Part shown: one piece after another, positions 55,826 to 64,000 of the stretch | How positions within the stretch are numbered: the stretch's first letter is position 1 | Layout of the letters: each line of letters opens with the position of its first letter | IMG/VR virus record: IMGVR_UViG_3300033153_006784 | Coordinates: 10,375-74,374 of that record | Direction: 5' to 3' (one strand) | Source: a virus | Taxonomy: Duplodnaviria > Heunggongvirae > Uroviricota > Caudoviricetes | Length of the DNA: 64,000 nt | The notes under the pieces: model-generated | What the model was told of the DNA's origin: nothing | What the model saw: only the letters and a program-made list of their open reading frames with translations | Databases searched by the model: none | Position numbers and translations under genes: made by a program

Positions 55826-56720
55826 GAAAATACTTGTCATGAGCACTTTTCAAGAGGGTGCTTATGGACACTTAATTGTCAAAGCCCTACGTGAAATGGG
55901 ACATCGTGTATTAGGTATAGATCATAGAATGCTCCAAGCTGTCAATTTTGGAAAGCAACACAAAAGTGACCAAATGGTAAAATTCTATGTGAACGGGTTT
56001 GAACCAGATATATTGTTTACAATTAAAGGAAGAGGAATTAGTCCGAGAGTTATCAAAGATATTACCGCATTCAAGGTGAACTGGTGGCTAGATAATGCTA
56101 ACAGGTTTGCTGAGTTTGAAGGTCTAATTGAACATTATGATAAATATTATCTTTGTGAGGACAGTCAAGGACACCCTTGGATGTCGGTAGGAATAGATCC
56201 AGATTGGCATAAACCAGTTTACAGTGATGATCCAAAATATAAAAGCGATATTGTCTTCGCAGGAACGGCACACGTACATAGAAGCCCTAGAATTCTTAAA
56301 ATATTAGCAGGATTACCCTACGAAGTAGCTATCTGGGGTAATAGTTGGCCACCAAATACACCATATCTCCGAGGAGAGGCTAGATATCTCAATGAGGACT
56401 TTATGACAATCATGACAAATTCTAATTTTGTGTTGAACAATCACTATGTTCCCGGCATTACTCCTAATATGAGAACAATAGAAGGCCCTGCAAGCGGTAC
56501 TGCATTGCTCTCAGACACAGGAGAAGGCATAGAGAAAACTTTAAATAAGGGAACTGAATATATTGCTTATGACACTCCCAAGGAAGCCAGATATTTGATC
56601 TATAAATATTTAGAAGAACCTGAAGAAAGAGAGAAAATAGCAAAGGCTGGACTTGATAGAGTCAATAAAGATCATCTATTAAAAGATAAGTTGGTTAAAA
56701 TGTTATGTCTAAACCAGTAG
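55815..56720 (+). CDS. CgeB-like glycosyltransferase-family protein
   Basis: C-terminal region IEGPASGTALLSD resembles the CgeB / GT group-1-like domain. Confidence 0.45.
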   Translation: MMNKKILVMSTFQEGAYGHLIVKALREMGHRVLGIDHRMLQAVNFGKQHKSDQMVKFYVNGFEPDILFTIKGRGISPRVIKDITAFKVNWWLDNANRFAEFEGLIEHYDKYYLCEDSQGHPWMSVGIDPDWHKPVYSDDPKYKSDIVFAGTAHVHRSPRILKILAGLPYEVAIWGNSWPPNTPYLRGEARYLNEDFMTIMTNSNFVLNNHYVPGITPNMRTIEGPASGTALLSDTGEGIEKTLNKGTEYIAYDTPKEARYLIYKYLEEPEEREKIAKAGLDRVNKDHLLKDKLVKMLCLNQ

Positions 56721-57049
56721 TAATAACGAAAGAAATAATCCTTAGAAGTCAGCGAGGTATGATGAATGATTGTTATCTGTATTGCGTTGACTGTCCACAA
56801 GCAGAGGAACAAATTCAGATGCTAGGAGAGGAAGATAATAAAAAGAATAAAAAAGTTCCCATCACTAAAATAATTTTTTATCGTTGTGCAATGCCTCCGG
56901 GAAATTCTGTCACTTATAACAATAAGGAGAGAGGGAGAGGAAAGTTTGTTAAATTAACACCAGAACAAATCGAAGAACGAAATGAACTCCTTAAAAAACT
57001 TCCAACACTTGAAACGGATAAACTTCTAAATAAGATTGGTAAAAAATGA
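56705..57049 (+). CDS. Hypothetical protein
   Basis: ORF only. Confidence 0.3.
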   Translation: MSKPVVITKEIILRSQRGMMNDCYLYCVDCPQAEEQIQMLGEEDNKKNKKVPITKIIFYRCAMPPGNSVTYNNKERGRGKFVKLTPEQIEERNELLKKLPTLETDKLLNKIGKK

Positions 57050-58131
57050 AAGTAACTTATACAGGCAAGATGGATATCGGTGGCTCCGGTATTGGAACAA
57101 CTGCTTGGCATCAAGTTAAACCTTTACTTGACAATAACTTAATTGAACAAATATACACTACTAAGATGTCAAAACCAGTTAATGATGATAGATTAGTTAC
57201 TTATATTCCCGAATTGAAATATAGCTATCCTATTGGTTATTTAGCTGGAGATATCTTCTTTGATGGTGTTACAGCATTAGGAATGGAAAACCCAGAGGTT
57301 ATTCACACATGGGGAGCACAATGTTTGTATCAATTACAGACGCATCCCGACGCAGTTTCAATTGTAAATCTTTATAGTGCTCATCCATATATTCAAGATC
57401 AACTGTTAAAAAATTCACCATTATACCGTCCAAATCATCTACACATGAAAAAGTTTGCAGAAGAATTAGAACTTTGTGACCATATATTTATACCTTCTGA
57501 TTTTATTTTATCCTCTCTTAAAGATGTAGGGTTACATAGAAAAGCTAAAATTGTACCATTCGGAGTTGACTTAGAAAAGTTCAATGTTCCTAAAAACAAT
57601 GAAAAAGCTGAAGAATTTCAAGTAGTTTTTGTAGGATCAAACTGGAAAAGAAAAGGCTTAATGACTCTTTTACAAGCGTGGGACAATTTAAAATTTGAAA
57701 AAGCCAAGTTATATGTTTGTGGTGTTCCAGATAATCTAGGAGCATGGCTTAAAGAAAATACACCATTTGAATCTGACAACGTACACTTTGGATGGGTAGA
57801 TGATTTAGTTGAACTTTACCAAAAATCACACGTATTTTGTTTACCTGCATACGAAGATGGCTGTCCTTTAGCTACATACGAAGCTATGGCTTGCGGAACT
57901 TTACCCATCATAACAAACACTACAGGAACTAGGCAACATGTCTATAATGGTAGAAATGGATTCGTTCTTAACGCTGGAAATGTAAAAGAACTAGGTGAAT
58001 TATTATCTGGTCTGTATGATGATAGAAATGCTTGTGTTGATATAGGACTGAAAGCTAGACAACATATTGAAGCATTTCCTTGGGAAAGACATGAACAAGA
58101 TTATCTGAATTGGATTAAAGGTTTACTTTAA
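57046..58131 (+). CDS. Glycosyltransferase family 4
   Basis: CLPAYEDGCPLATYEAMACGTLPIITN. Confidence 0.8.
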   Translation: MKVTYTGKMDIGGSGIGTTAWHQVKPLLDNNLIEQIYTTKMSKPVNDDRLVTYIPELKYSYPIGYLAGDIFFDGVTALGMENPEVIHTWGAQCLYQLQTHPDAVSIVNLYSAHPYIQDQLLKNSPLYRPNHLHMKKFAEELELCDHIFIPSDFILSSLKDVGLHRKAKIVPFGVDLEKFNVPKNNEKAEEFQVVFVGSNWKRKGLMTLLQAWDNLKFEKAKLYVCGVPDNLGAWLKENTPFESDNVHFGWVDDLVELYQKSHVFCLPAYEDGCPLATYEAMACGTLPIITNTTGTRQHVYNGRNGFVLNAGNVKELGELLSGLYDDRNACVDIGLKARQHIEAFPWERHEQDYLNWIKGLL

Positions 58132-58293
58132 TCTGTATCTTGCTTTCATCAATCTTAAAGTGTCTATTTCATTCATCATTTTTGTAAATAACTCAGTCCA
58201 ACTTTCCCCGAATTCTCCATATTCTTTCAATCTTTCCTTGATATGAATAGGTACAGATATAGAAGTATAGCCAACTTTGCGTTTTCTAGGCAT
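58129..58293 (-). CDS. Putative ribbon-helix-helix (CopG/Arc-like) small regulator, minus strand
   Basis: 54 aa (MPRKRKVGYTSISVPIHIKERLKEYGEFGESWTELFTKMMNEIDTL...) with a beta-strand then two helices. Sits in the only sizeable gap before the tail module. TATA-like ttaattatatatt directly upstream on the minus strand. Confidence 0.35.
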
Positions 58294-58370
58294 AATATAT
58301 AATTAAACCAATTACTCTAATTTAAATCTTTCGAAGGATTTATTAAGGAGAAAGCCTTACTTTTAATTAA

Positions 58371-58751
58371 ATGTCAGTAGCAAAGAGAACATGGGAAGGG
58401 CACATACTTAAAGGAGCCGTAGAAATAGGCTTCGCAAACGGATCTATATCAATTGACAGAGGACTACAAATATTCACGCAGATTGGTGACTATGATATGA
58501 CAGCCCGTAGAGAGGCTATCAGAGAAATCACAGGAACAATCGATCATGGATTTATTGACGTATCTCTGTTTGGTTCGGCAGCACTATCCACATTAGTTAA
58601 TCCAGTATCTTTCGATATTGCAGCATCATTCTCAGACACAGCAATCGTGTTAAGCGGTTGTTCAGTTGAGAGTTGGGACTTGGACTTACCGCAAGACGGT
58701 TGGATTACAGAATCAGTCAACTTCAGAGCTAAGACAATTAAGAGTTATTAG
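58371..58751 (+). CDS. Putative tail tube / major tail protein (paralog 1)
   Basis: 126 aa. Shares the C-terminal SGC..(E/D)..D..(D/N)GW.T..V block with 58762-59190. Lies upstream of the chaperone and tape measure genes. Confidence 0.35.
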   Translation: MSVAKRTWEGHILKGAVEIGFANGSISIDRGLQIFTQIGDYDMTARREAIREITGTIDHGFIDVSLFGSAALSTLVNPVSFDIAASFSDTAIVLSGCSVESWDLDLPQDGWITESVNFRAKTIKSY

Positions 58752-58761
58752 GTGATATGAA

Positions 58762-59190
58762 ATGGCAACAGTACAAGTTGGAAGAGACTTCACGGTTTAT
58801 TACGCAGAAGGCGATGACATACATGGTCTAGTGGGACACGATTTCGCAAGTGGGACACAGATTGGGTTAGTCAATGTTTTATCATATACTCAGGAACACA
58901 ACGTTGATGTTTATCACGGTGTAGGAAAGAGAGAAGGATGGGGTATTAAAGCGGGAGCATACGACGTTTCGGCACACTTAGAAGGACTCTGGATTGACTC
59001 TGGAGCATTGGGATTCTTTATGGATCAAAGTTTAGTTACTGGAGCATTGACTCCGTTCGCAATCGCTTTTAGCGGTACGGATAGAGGAATTGCATTCAGT
59101 GGGTGTAGATTAGGGACGTATGATGCTGAAATAAATTCAGACGGGTGGGCTACAAATACTGTAGACATACCTGCATTAGTAGTGGTTTAA
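58762..59190 (+). CDS. Putative tail tube / major tail protein (paralog 2)
   Basis: 142 aa and paralogous to the preceding ORF. Confidence 0.35.
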   Translation: MATVQVGRDFTVYYAEGDDIHGLVGHDFASGTQIGLVNVLSYTQEHNVDVYHGVGKREGWGIKAGAYDVSAHLEGLWIDSGALGFFMDQSLVTGALTPFAIAFSGTDRGIAFSGCRLGTYDAEINSDGWATNTVDIPALVVV

Positions 59191-59205
59191 AAATAAGGTG
59201 AGAAT

Positions 59206-59685
59206 ATGAGCATAGATGAAGGAAAAAAGCAAGCAGAAAAGCAAGCAAAAAAGCAAGCATCTGCTGAAAGAGTTCAGGCAGCAAAAGTAAAAATCCAGAA
59301 AAAGAAGAAAGTGGATAAAGCAAAAGGTATCAGAATTACCGCAAAACTTCTTAAAGGAAAATCTGTTACAGATGAAGTTCCTGTTAAGTTGATTACAGGT
59401 GAGGTTGGTCTTTTACCGATAAGAGCACTCGGAGAGGGTGAAATTATTGAAATATTCGCTGATGTCGGAATGGATAGGATTAATAACATGGGTTCTGGCG
59501 AATTAGATGCTAAAGACTATGACTTCTTTTGGAGTTTAGTTTCTGTATCTTCAGGAATCAAAAAAGCATTAATCAAACAATCATTTGCATTGGGCGAATC
59601 AGCAAAAGCAGGGCAAGCAGTTCTGGAACTGAGTGGGTTCGGAGCCGACGCAGAGACAGAAGTAGAGTCCTTTCCTAAAGAGTGA
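59206..59685 (+). CDS. Putative tail assembly chaperone
   Basis: Small Lys-rich protein immediately upstream of the tape measure gene. Assigned by position only. Confidence 0.3.
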   Translation: MSIDEGKKQAEKQAKKQASAERVQAAKVKIQKKKKVDKAKGIRITAKLLKGKSVTDEVPVKLITGEVGLLPIRALGEGEIIEIFADVGMDRINNMGSGELDAKDYDFFWSLVSVSSGIKKALIKQSFALGESAKAGQAVLELSGFGADAETEVESFPKE

Positions 59686-59851
59686 TCAAGGGTTAGCTTA
59701 TACCATCATGATACTTGAAGGTCATAAGCTATCAAACCATTCTATTGTGGATATGACCAGATACCAAAAAATAGCCTATCTTAGTGCTTACAAGATTAGG
59801 AATGAAGCAGAGAAAGAAGCCCAACGAAGAGCAAACAGGAAGATGAGATAA

Positions 59852-62422
59852 ATGTCAACAAATAGAAAGAAAGTCCAAATTGATATTGGCGGAGACGCAT
59901 CTGAGTACGCTGGAGTAGCTAAAGTAGTTAAAAACGCCAATGATACAATGGAGAAGTCTTTTACGAAATTAGCCACTGCAAACAAAGAATTTGCTACATT
60001 GACTACGTTTCCTCATCTTAAAAATTTCCCTAAAATTCTAAATGTAATGGACAAAATTAAAGAAGCAAGTAAAGTTAGGGATGTTGTCATGGGGCCAAAT
60101 AAAACTGCACCAAACTTTCCAATAGTACCTTATGTTGATCCGAAAGCATTAGCTAAAATCGATCCCAATATACAACACCACTTGGCGACAGTAGGTAAGA
60201 AAATGTCAACATTTAAAGTGCTTCAGAATCATTTAATAAATGCTCAAAAAGGATATGGAAATTTAAAAACTAGAGTGCAAGGTGCACATGCAGGATTTTT
60301 AGGTTTTATTAATGGTATAAATAATGCAGGATTTGCAATGGGAAATACAACAAATCAAGCTGGACAATTAGATCAAGAACTGCAACAAAAACCTAAAGAT
60401 ACAAAGAAAGCAGGTATAGGTTTTGGAAATCTAGCAAAAATGCTTAAAGGTGCAGGTAGAACATTAGCATGGTTCGGGTTCCGTCTTACAATGATGGGAA
60501 GGATGATGACCAGATTTTTAACTGGAGTTTTAAGTAAAGCATTAGCAAACTTTGGAAATTGGGAAAAAATGATCCAAGACGTAGGATTTGCACTGGCTTG
60601 GATGTCAGCACAAGGAACATTAACTGATCGAACACAACAAGCATTTATCGATACAATATCAGAAGGCCCAAAAGCAGCGTATGATTTCCAAGCTGCAATG
60701 ACGGACTTGAACAATGCTTTTGGAAAAATTGGAGGAGATATCGCAGGAATATTTGTACCAGCAATTCACAAACTTGCAAGCATATTAAGAATCATCTGGG
60801 ATGAAGCAGGGCCTCAAGTTATAGCAGTTATGGAATCATTAGTTGGGCCTGAAGGGCCTCTCACCAAGCTGTTCGATTTGTTAGAAAAACATGGCGGAAA
60901 TATGTTAATAGCATTCGCTGATGGGTTAACAATTGCAGCAAATGCTATGACATGGTTGTTTGGAGTATTAGAACCATATCTACCAGAGATAGCTAAATTC
61001 TTAGGTATATTAATTGGTTTGTCACCAATATTAGTTTTGGTAGGATTAGCACTATTCACAATGTCAGTACCTCTACAAGCGTTAGGAGTTATATTGGGGC
61101 CTGTAATTTCGCTTGTATCTACATTGTTTGGTGGGTTCTTAGGACTTATGGGTGGAATCCCTCTATTAATTGCGGCATTTGCATTGGCAGCACTTGGATT
61201 AGATGCATTTGGTGTTGATGTAGATGACATATTAGATAAAATAGAAGAATACTTTGTGATTGCAGCAGATTATATTTGGGGTGTCCTTTCAGGAATTGAT
61301 TGGGCAGGAGCATTTGAAACATTAAAAACTTTTACAAGTAAAATATTATTAAGAATGGCAGAATGGATAGGTAGTGCTTATGAATGGGCATTTAACACGT
61401 TTGGAAAAATAGATTGGGAACAAGTATTCTATGATCTATCGGTATTTGCAATGAACTTACTTACATGGATATTTGATTTAATTGGAGATATTGGTAGAAC
61501 ATTTAAAGGACATTTCGATAAAGTCTATTGGCCATCAGTTTTTGAATCACTTGTAAATTTCATCTTAGGTATAGGAACTCTTATAGCAAATACAATTGGA
61601 ACTGCTGTAGTATTGGTTGCACAAAATTTACCAACATGGTTAAAAGATTGGACGGCAGCGTTTGATAAAGTTTGGTCAGGTATGAAAGATGGTATAAGTA
61701 GAGCAGTTTTCAAAGCAATACAAGGATTATTAAATAAATTGCCGACTTGGTTAAAGAAATTATTAGGCATAGACGGAGCAAAAATTGATTACTCAAGTGG
61801 AGGAGCTAGAACAGGAAACGAATCATTACCTACACATATAGCAACAGAAGACGAATTAAATGAAATGTCAGAGATGGAAAGAGCAATATTAGCACAAAAT
61901 AAAGCATTAGCAGAAGAAGCAGCAGCAAAAATACAATTAGGTGTGATTAATAATACTCTTGCAGACTCACTTGGAAATTTCTCAGATGAAGAATTAATAG
62001 CAACACAAAGAGCAAACGATATGATGCTAACAACAGCCGAAATTGCAGATCAATTACAACTAGCACGAAAAGCAATGGAAGATGCAACTAATGCAACCGA
62101 TGATATGTCAGATTCTCAATCAAATTTCCAAAAAACCACAGATGAAATATATATGCGTAGCATAGGCGATGACATATTTAGAAACATGTCACTGGCGACA
62201 AAGGGATATGATATGGCGAGAAATTCATTATTAGGATTTACATCAGCACAGACAAGTATGGGAATCATTGGTGGAATTGGACAACCTACACCTATAACAC
62301 AAACTAATGCTTTCGATATAGTATTTAGAGAATTCACATTAACATCAAACGCTGACATAGACTACTTAGTAGACGAAGTTAGCAGAGCAATAGCAGAAAA
62401 AGTAGAGAGTGTATCACGATGA
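59852..62422 (+). CDS. Tail tape measure protein
   Basis: 856 aa. Helical N-terminal and C-terminal parts, a central Gly/hydrophobic membrane-like stretch (LSPILVLVGLALFTMSVPLQALGVILGPVISLV...), and the typical position after the chaperone. Confidence 0.75.
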   Translation: MSTNRKKVQIDIGGDASEYAGVAKVVKNANDTMEKSFTKLATANKEFATLTTFPHLKNFPKILNVMDKIKEASKVRDVVMGPNKTAPNFPIVPYVDPKALAKIDPNIQHHLATVGKKMSTFKVLQNHLINAQKGYGNLKTRVQGAHAGFLGFINGINNAGFAMGNTTNQAGQLDQELQQKPKDTKKAGIGFGNLAKMLKGAGRTLAWFGFRLTMMGRMMTRFLTGVLSKALANFGNWEKMIQDVGFALAWMSAQGTLTDRTQQAFIDTISEGPKAAYDFQAAMTDLNNAFGKIGGDIAGIFVPAIHKLASILRIIWDEAGPQVIAVMESLVGPEGPLTKLFDLLEKHGGNMLIAFADGLTIAANAMTWLFGVLEPYLPEIAKFLGILIGLSPILVLVGLALFTMSVPLQALGVILGPVISLVSTLFGGFLGLMGGIPLLIAAFALAALGLDAFGVDVDDILDKIEEYFVIAADYIWGVLSGIDWAGAFETLKTFTSKILLRMAEWIGSAYEWAFNTFGKIDWEQVFYDLSVFAMNLLTWIFDLIGDIGRTFKGHFDKVYWPSVFESLVNFILGIGTLIANTIGTAVVLVAQNLPTWLKDWTAAFDKVWSGMKDGISRAVFKAIQGLLNKLPTWLKKLLGIDGAKIDYSSGGARTGNESLPTHIATEDELNEMSEMERAILAQNKALAEEAAAKIQLGVINNTLADSLGNFSDEELIATQRANDMMLTTAEIADQLQLARKAMEDATNATDDMSDSQSNFQKTTDEIYMRSIGDDIFRNMSLATKGYDMARNSLLGFTSAQTSMGIIGGIGQPTPITQTNAFDIVFREFTLTSNADIDYLVDEVSRAIAEKVESVSR

Positions 62423-63291
62423 GTTGGACATTTGGTAGAGTAACGTTTCCGAAGCCACCTAATAAAGTGGCATTTAAATCAAAACTTACATCACAAAAGA
62501 TTCCTAGATTCTTAGAGGCTCCTATGTTACTACACATGGGCCCAGATAATAAACAAATATCTATGGAAGGAGAATTCTTTGATAATATTAGTCCGTTATC
62601 AACAATTTACAGTACATATATAGAACCAATAGAAAGATATGCAAGCACACGTATGGTTATAGATTTACCACTGTTGGGAGATGCCTTTGGTTCAGGTGTA
62701 ACAGCACAAACTTCTACATGGCACGAAGAAAACACTAGCATGTTTAAAATGACAGGTAACGATCAAGTACAATATGAAAAATCTGTCAGGGTAAGATTTG
62801 ATGGAGGTGGATTAATATATCGAGACTTCGATACAAATCAAGATTTTAAACATCATAACTTTGTAAGTATTTGGCACAAAGGAGACAACGATAGATCATT
62901 CCAAGTCACCTTTTATAACGAAGTAGAATCAGGTAAAACTAACGGATATAGATTTTACTTTACAACAGATCAAACTTGGGAACAAGCCTTTATAGCAATC
63001 TCAACAGCAGATTACACATCATCTATCGTAAATACAGTTGGATCTCCTACAGGTTGGGACAAAATTAGAAGCATAGTTATTGAACCATCAACATCATCAG
63101 GTACAGCTAACGATTATTGGTTTGATGCAATGTATGTTGGACAGGGTTGGAAATTAAACGCTCCCGGATCAAGATACGATGGAATCTATACAATCATGGA
63201 TTGGACAATTGAAGAGGAAGGCGGAAACACTAGAAGCCTATCATGGAAACTAACATTAGCTGATAAAACTCAGAGCTTTGGTGATATATAA
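62419..63291 (+). CDS. Putative distal tail protein
   Basis: Position directly after the tape measure gene with a 4-nt overlap. No motif. Confidence 0.3.
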   Translation: MSWTFGRVTFPKPPNKVAFKSKLTSQKIPRFLEAPMLLHMGPDNKQISMEGEFFDNISPLSTIYSTYIEPIERYASTRMVIDLPLLGDAFGSGVTAQTSTWHEENTSMFKMTGNDQVQYEKSVRVRFDGGGLIYRDFDTNQDFKHHNFVSIWHKGDNDRSFQVTFYNEVESGKTNGYRFYFTTDQTWEQAFIAISTADYTSSIVNTVGSPTGWDKIRSIVIEPSTSSGTANDYWFDAMYVGQGWKLNAPGSRYDGIYTIMDWTIEEEGGNTRSLSWKLTLADKTQSFGDI

Positions 63292-63962
63292 TGACGTATG
63301 CGGTTTATTTAAATGGAGCTTATCTTCCTGCAACAGTAAAAGAAATTAGGCAAGAATTAAATGGTATTGAATATGCAATTATATCTTTAGAAAATAATGA
63401 ATCTAATAGAAGCCTAGTAGATGTTGATGTATCAGTAGAAATTAAATTTTTCAATACTTCAATTTTTGAAGGGACATTACAGAAAGTTAAATATTTAGAT
63501 AGCACTTTAGAATGTACCATTTTTGACACAGTATATGATAAGTTAAGTAAAAAATATATTAACGGAGATTATGATTATGCTACAGCTACAGGAAACTCAA
63601 TCTTGACAGCTATTGCAACAGCCGGAGGAGTATCTTCAGGAGGAGCTACTGCTGATCCAGTTTCAGTAAGATATAATAGAACAATTTGTATGGATGCAGT
63701 TAAATTCTTAGCACAATCTTTAAATCTTGACTATTATCCTGAAACTGGAACACATATTACTATCGGTACAAGAGGATCTCCAAAAGGAGTTATACCTGTT
63801 AGAACAGTTTCACGTAGAGCAGTTGATAGACACGCAAAAAGAGATAAAGTAGAAATTCGTGGATATGACCTAGATGGAAACGACATATTAGGAGAAGCTG
63901 GTGCAGGAACAGATGTCGCAGTATTCACAGAGAAAAGAATTGCAGACGAAGATTCACTTTAA
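63291..63962 (+). CDS. Putative tail-associated (baseplate/tip) protein
   Basis: Position after the distal tail protein. No motif. Confidence 0.25.
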   Translation: MTYAVYLNGAYLPATVKEIRQELNGIEYAIISLENNESNRSLVDVDVSVEIKFFNTSIFEGTLQKVKYLDSTLECTIFDTVYDKLSKKYINGDYDYATATGNSILTAIATAGGVSSGGATADPVSVRYNRTICMDAVKFLAQSLNLDYYPETGTHITIGTRGSPKGVIPVRTVSRRAVDRHAKRDKVEIRGYDLDGNDILGEAGAGTDVAVFTEKRIADEDSL

Positions 63963-64000
63963 ACAAAGAATCAAGTGGAGTAAAATTAGCTATAGATATG

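Noticed and set aside
1-64000. Integrated prophage with att sites or an integrase
   Set aside because: No tyrosine- or serine-recombinase motifs were seen. No duplicated tRNA 3' halves are flanking, and no host housekeeping genes lie at either end. The window is consistent with an interior segment of a viral genome, so integration status cannot be judged.

Overview
This window reads as about 64 kb of an AT-rich (roughly 35% GC by eye) tailed dsDNA virus or provirus with archaeal-type signals. It is not host chromosome.

Evidence for this:
- **Gene organisation**: nearly every gene is on the + strand and tightly packed. Two exceptions are clear: one Cys-rich gene (25536-26129) and one small putative RHH gene (58129-58293).
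- **Promoter and terminator signals**: a recurring AACCTTTTTATATA element sits about 20-40 nt upstream of start codons, like a BRE/TATA promoter on mostly leaderless transcripts. A conserved stem-loop terminator follows some stop codons.
- **tRNA complement**: about 20 tRNA genes, most of them in clusters. At least three carry long introns in the anticodon loop (archaeal/eukaryal splicing type), several encode CCA, and tRNA-Tyr is type I (short variable arm).

Recognisable gene modules:
- **NAD+ metabolism**: nicotinamidase, NadE, Nudix and archaeal NadM at 250-3822, plus a distant NadR-type kinase-like P-loop protein.
- **PCNA**.
- **Nucleotide-pool enzymes**: dCMP deaminase, MazG-like and NDT/DNPH1-like proteins.
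- **Methyltransferases**: several SAM-dependent methyltransferases and a DNA N6/N4 methyltransferase.
- **UDP-xylose-synthase-like decarboxylase**.
- **LemA-TPM pair**.
- **Other enzymes**: dual-specificity phosphatase, nucleotidyltransferases and two radical-SAM proteins.
- **Ribosomal stalk protein P1 homolog**.
- **SPFH protein**.
- **Replication**: family-B DNA polymerase, Mre11-like phosphoesterase, an archaeo-eukaryotic primase-polymerase, a SWIM-RecA-like ATPase and a Cas4-like nuclease.
- **Packaging**: terminase large subunit.
- **Glycosylation island**: a roughly 10 kb block of GT4 glycosyltransferases, an epimerase and a methyltransferase.
- **Tail module**: tube-like paralogs, a chaperone, an 856-aa tape measure protein and distal tail proteins.

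No major capsid protein, portal or integrase could be recognised in this window.

The most unusual non-genic feature is a roughly 680 bp array of about 136 copies of a 5-nt unit with an invariant AGT and a randomised dinucleotide, (AGTNN)n, directly upstream of the terminase gene. Two copies of a roughly 100-nt inverted-repeat-bounded element lie about 33 kb apart.
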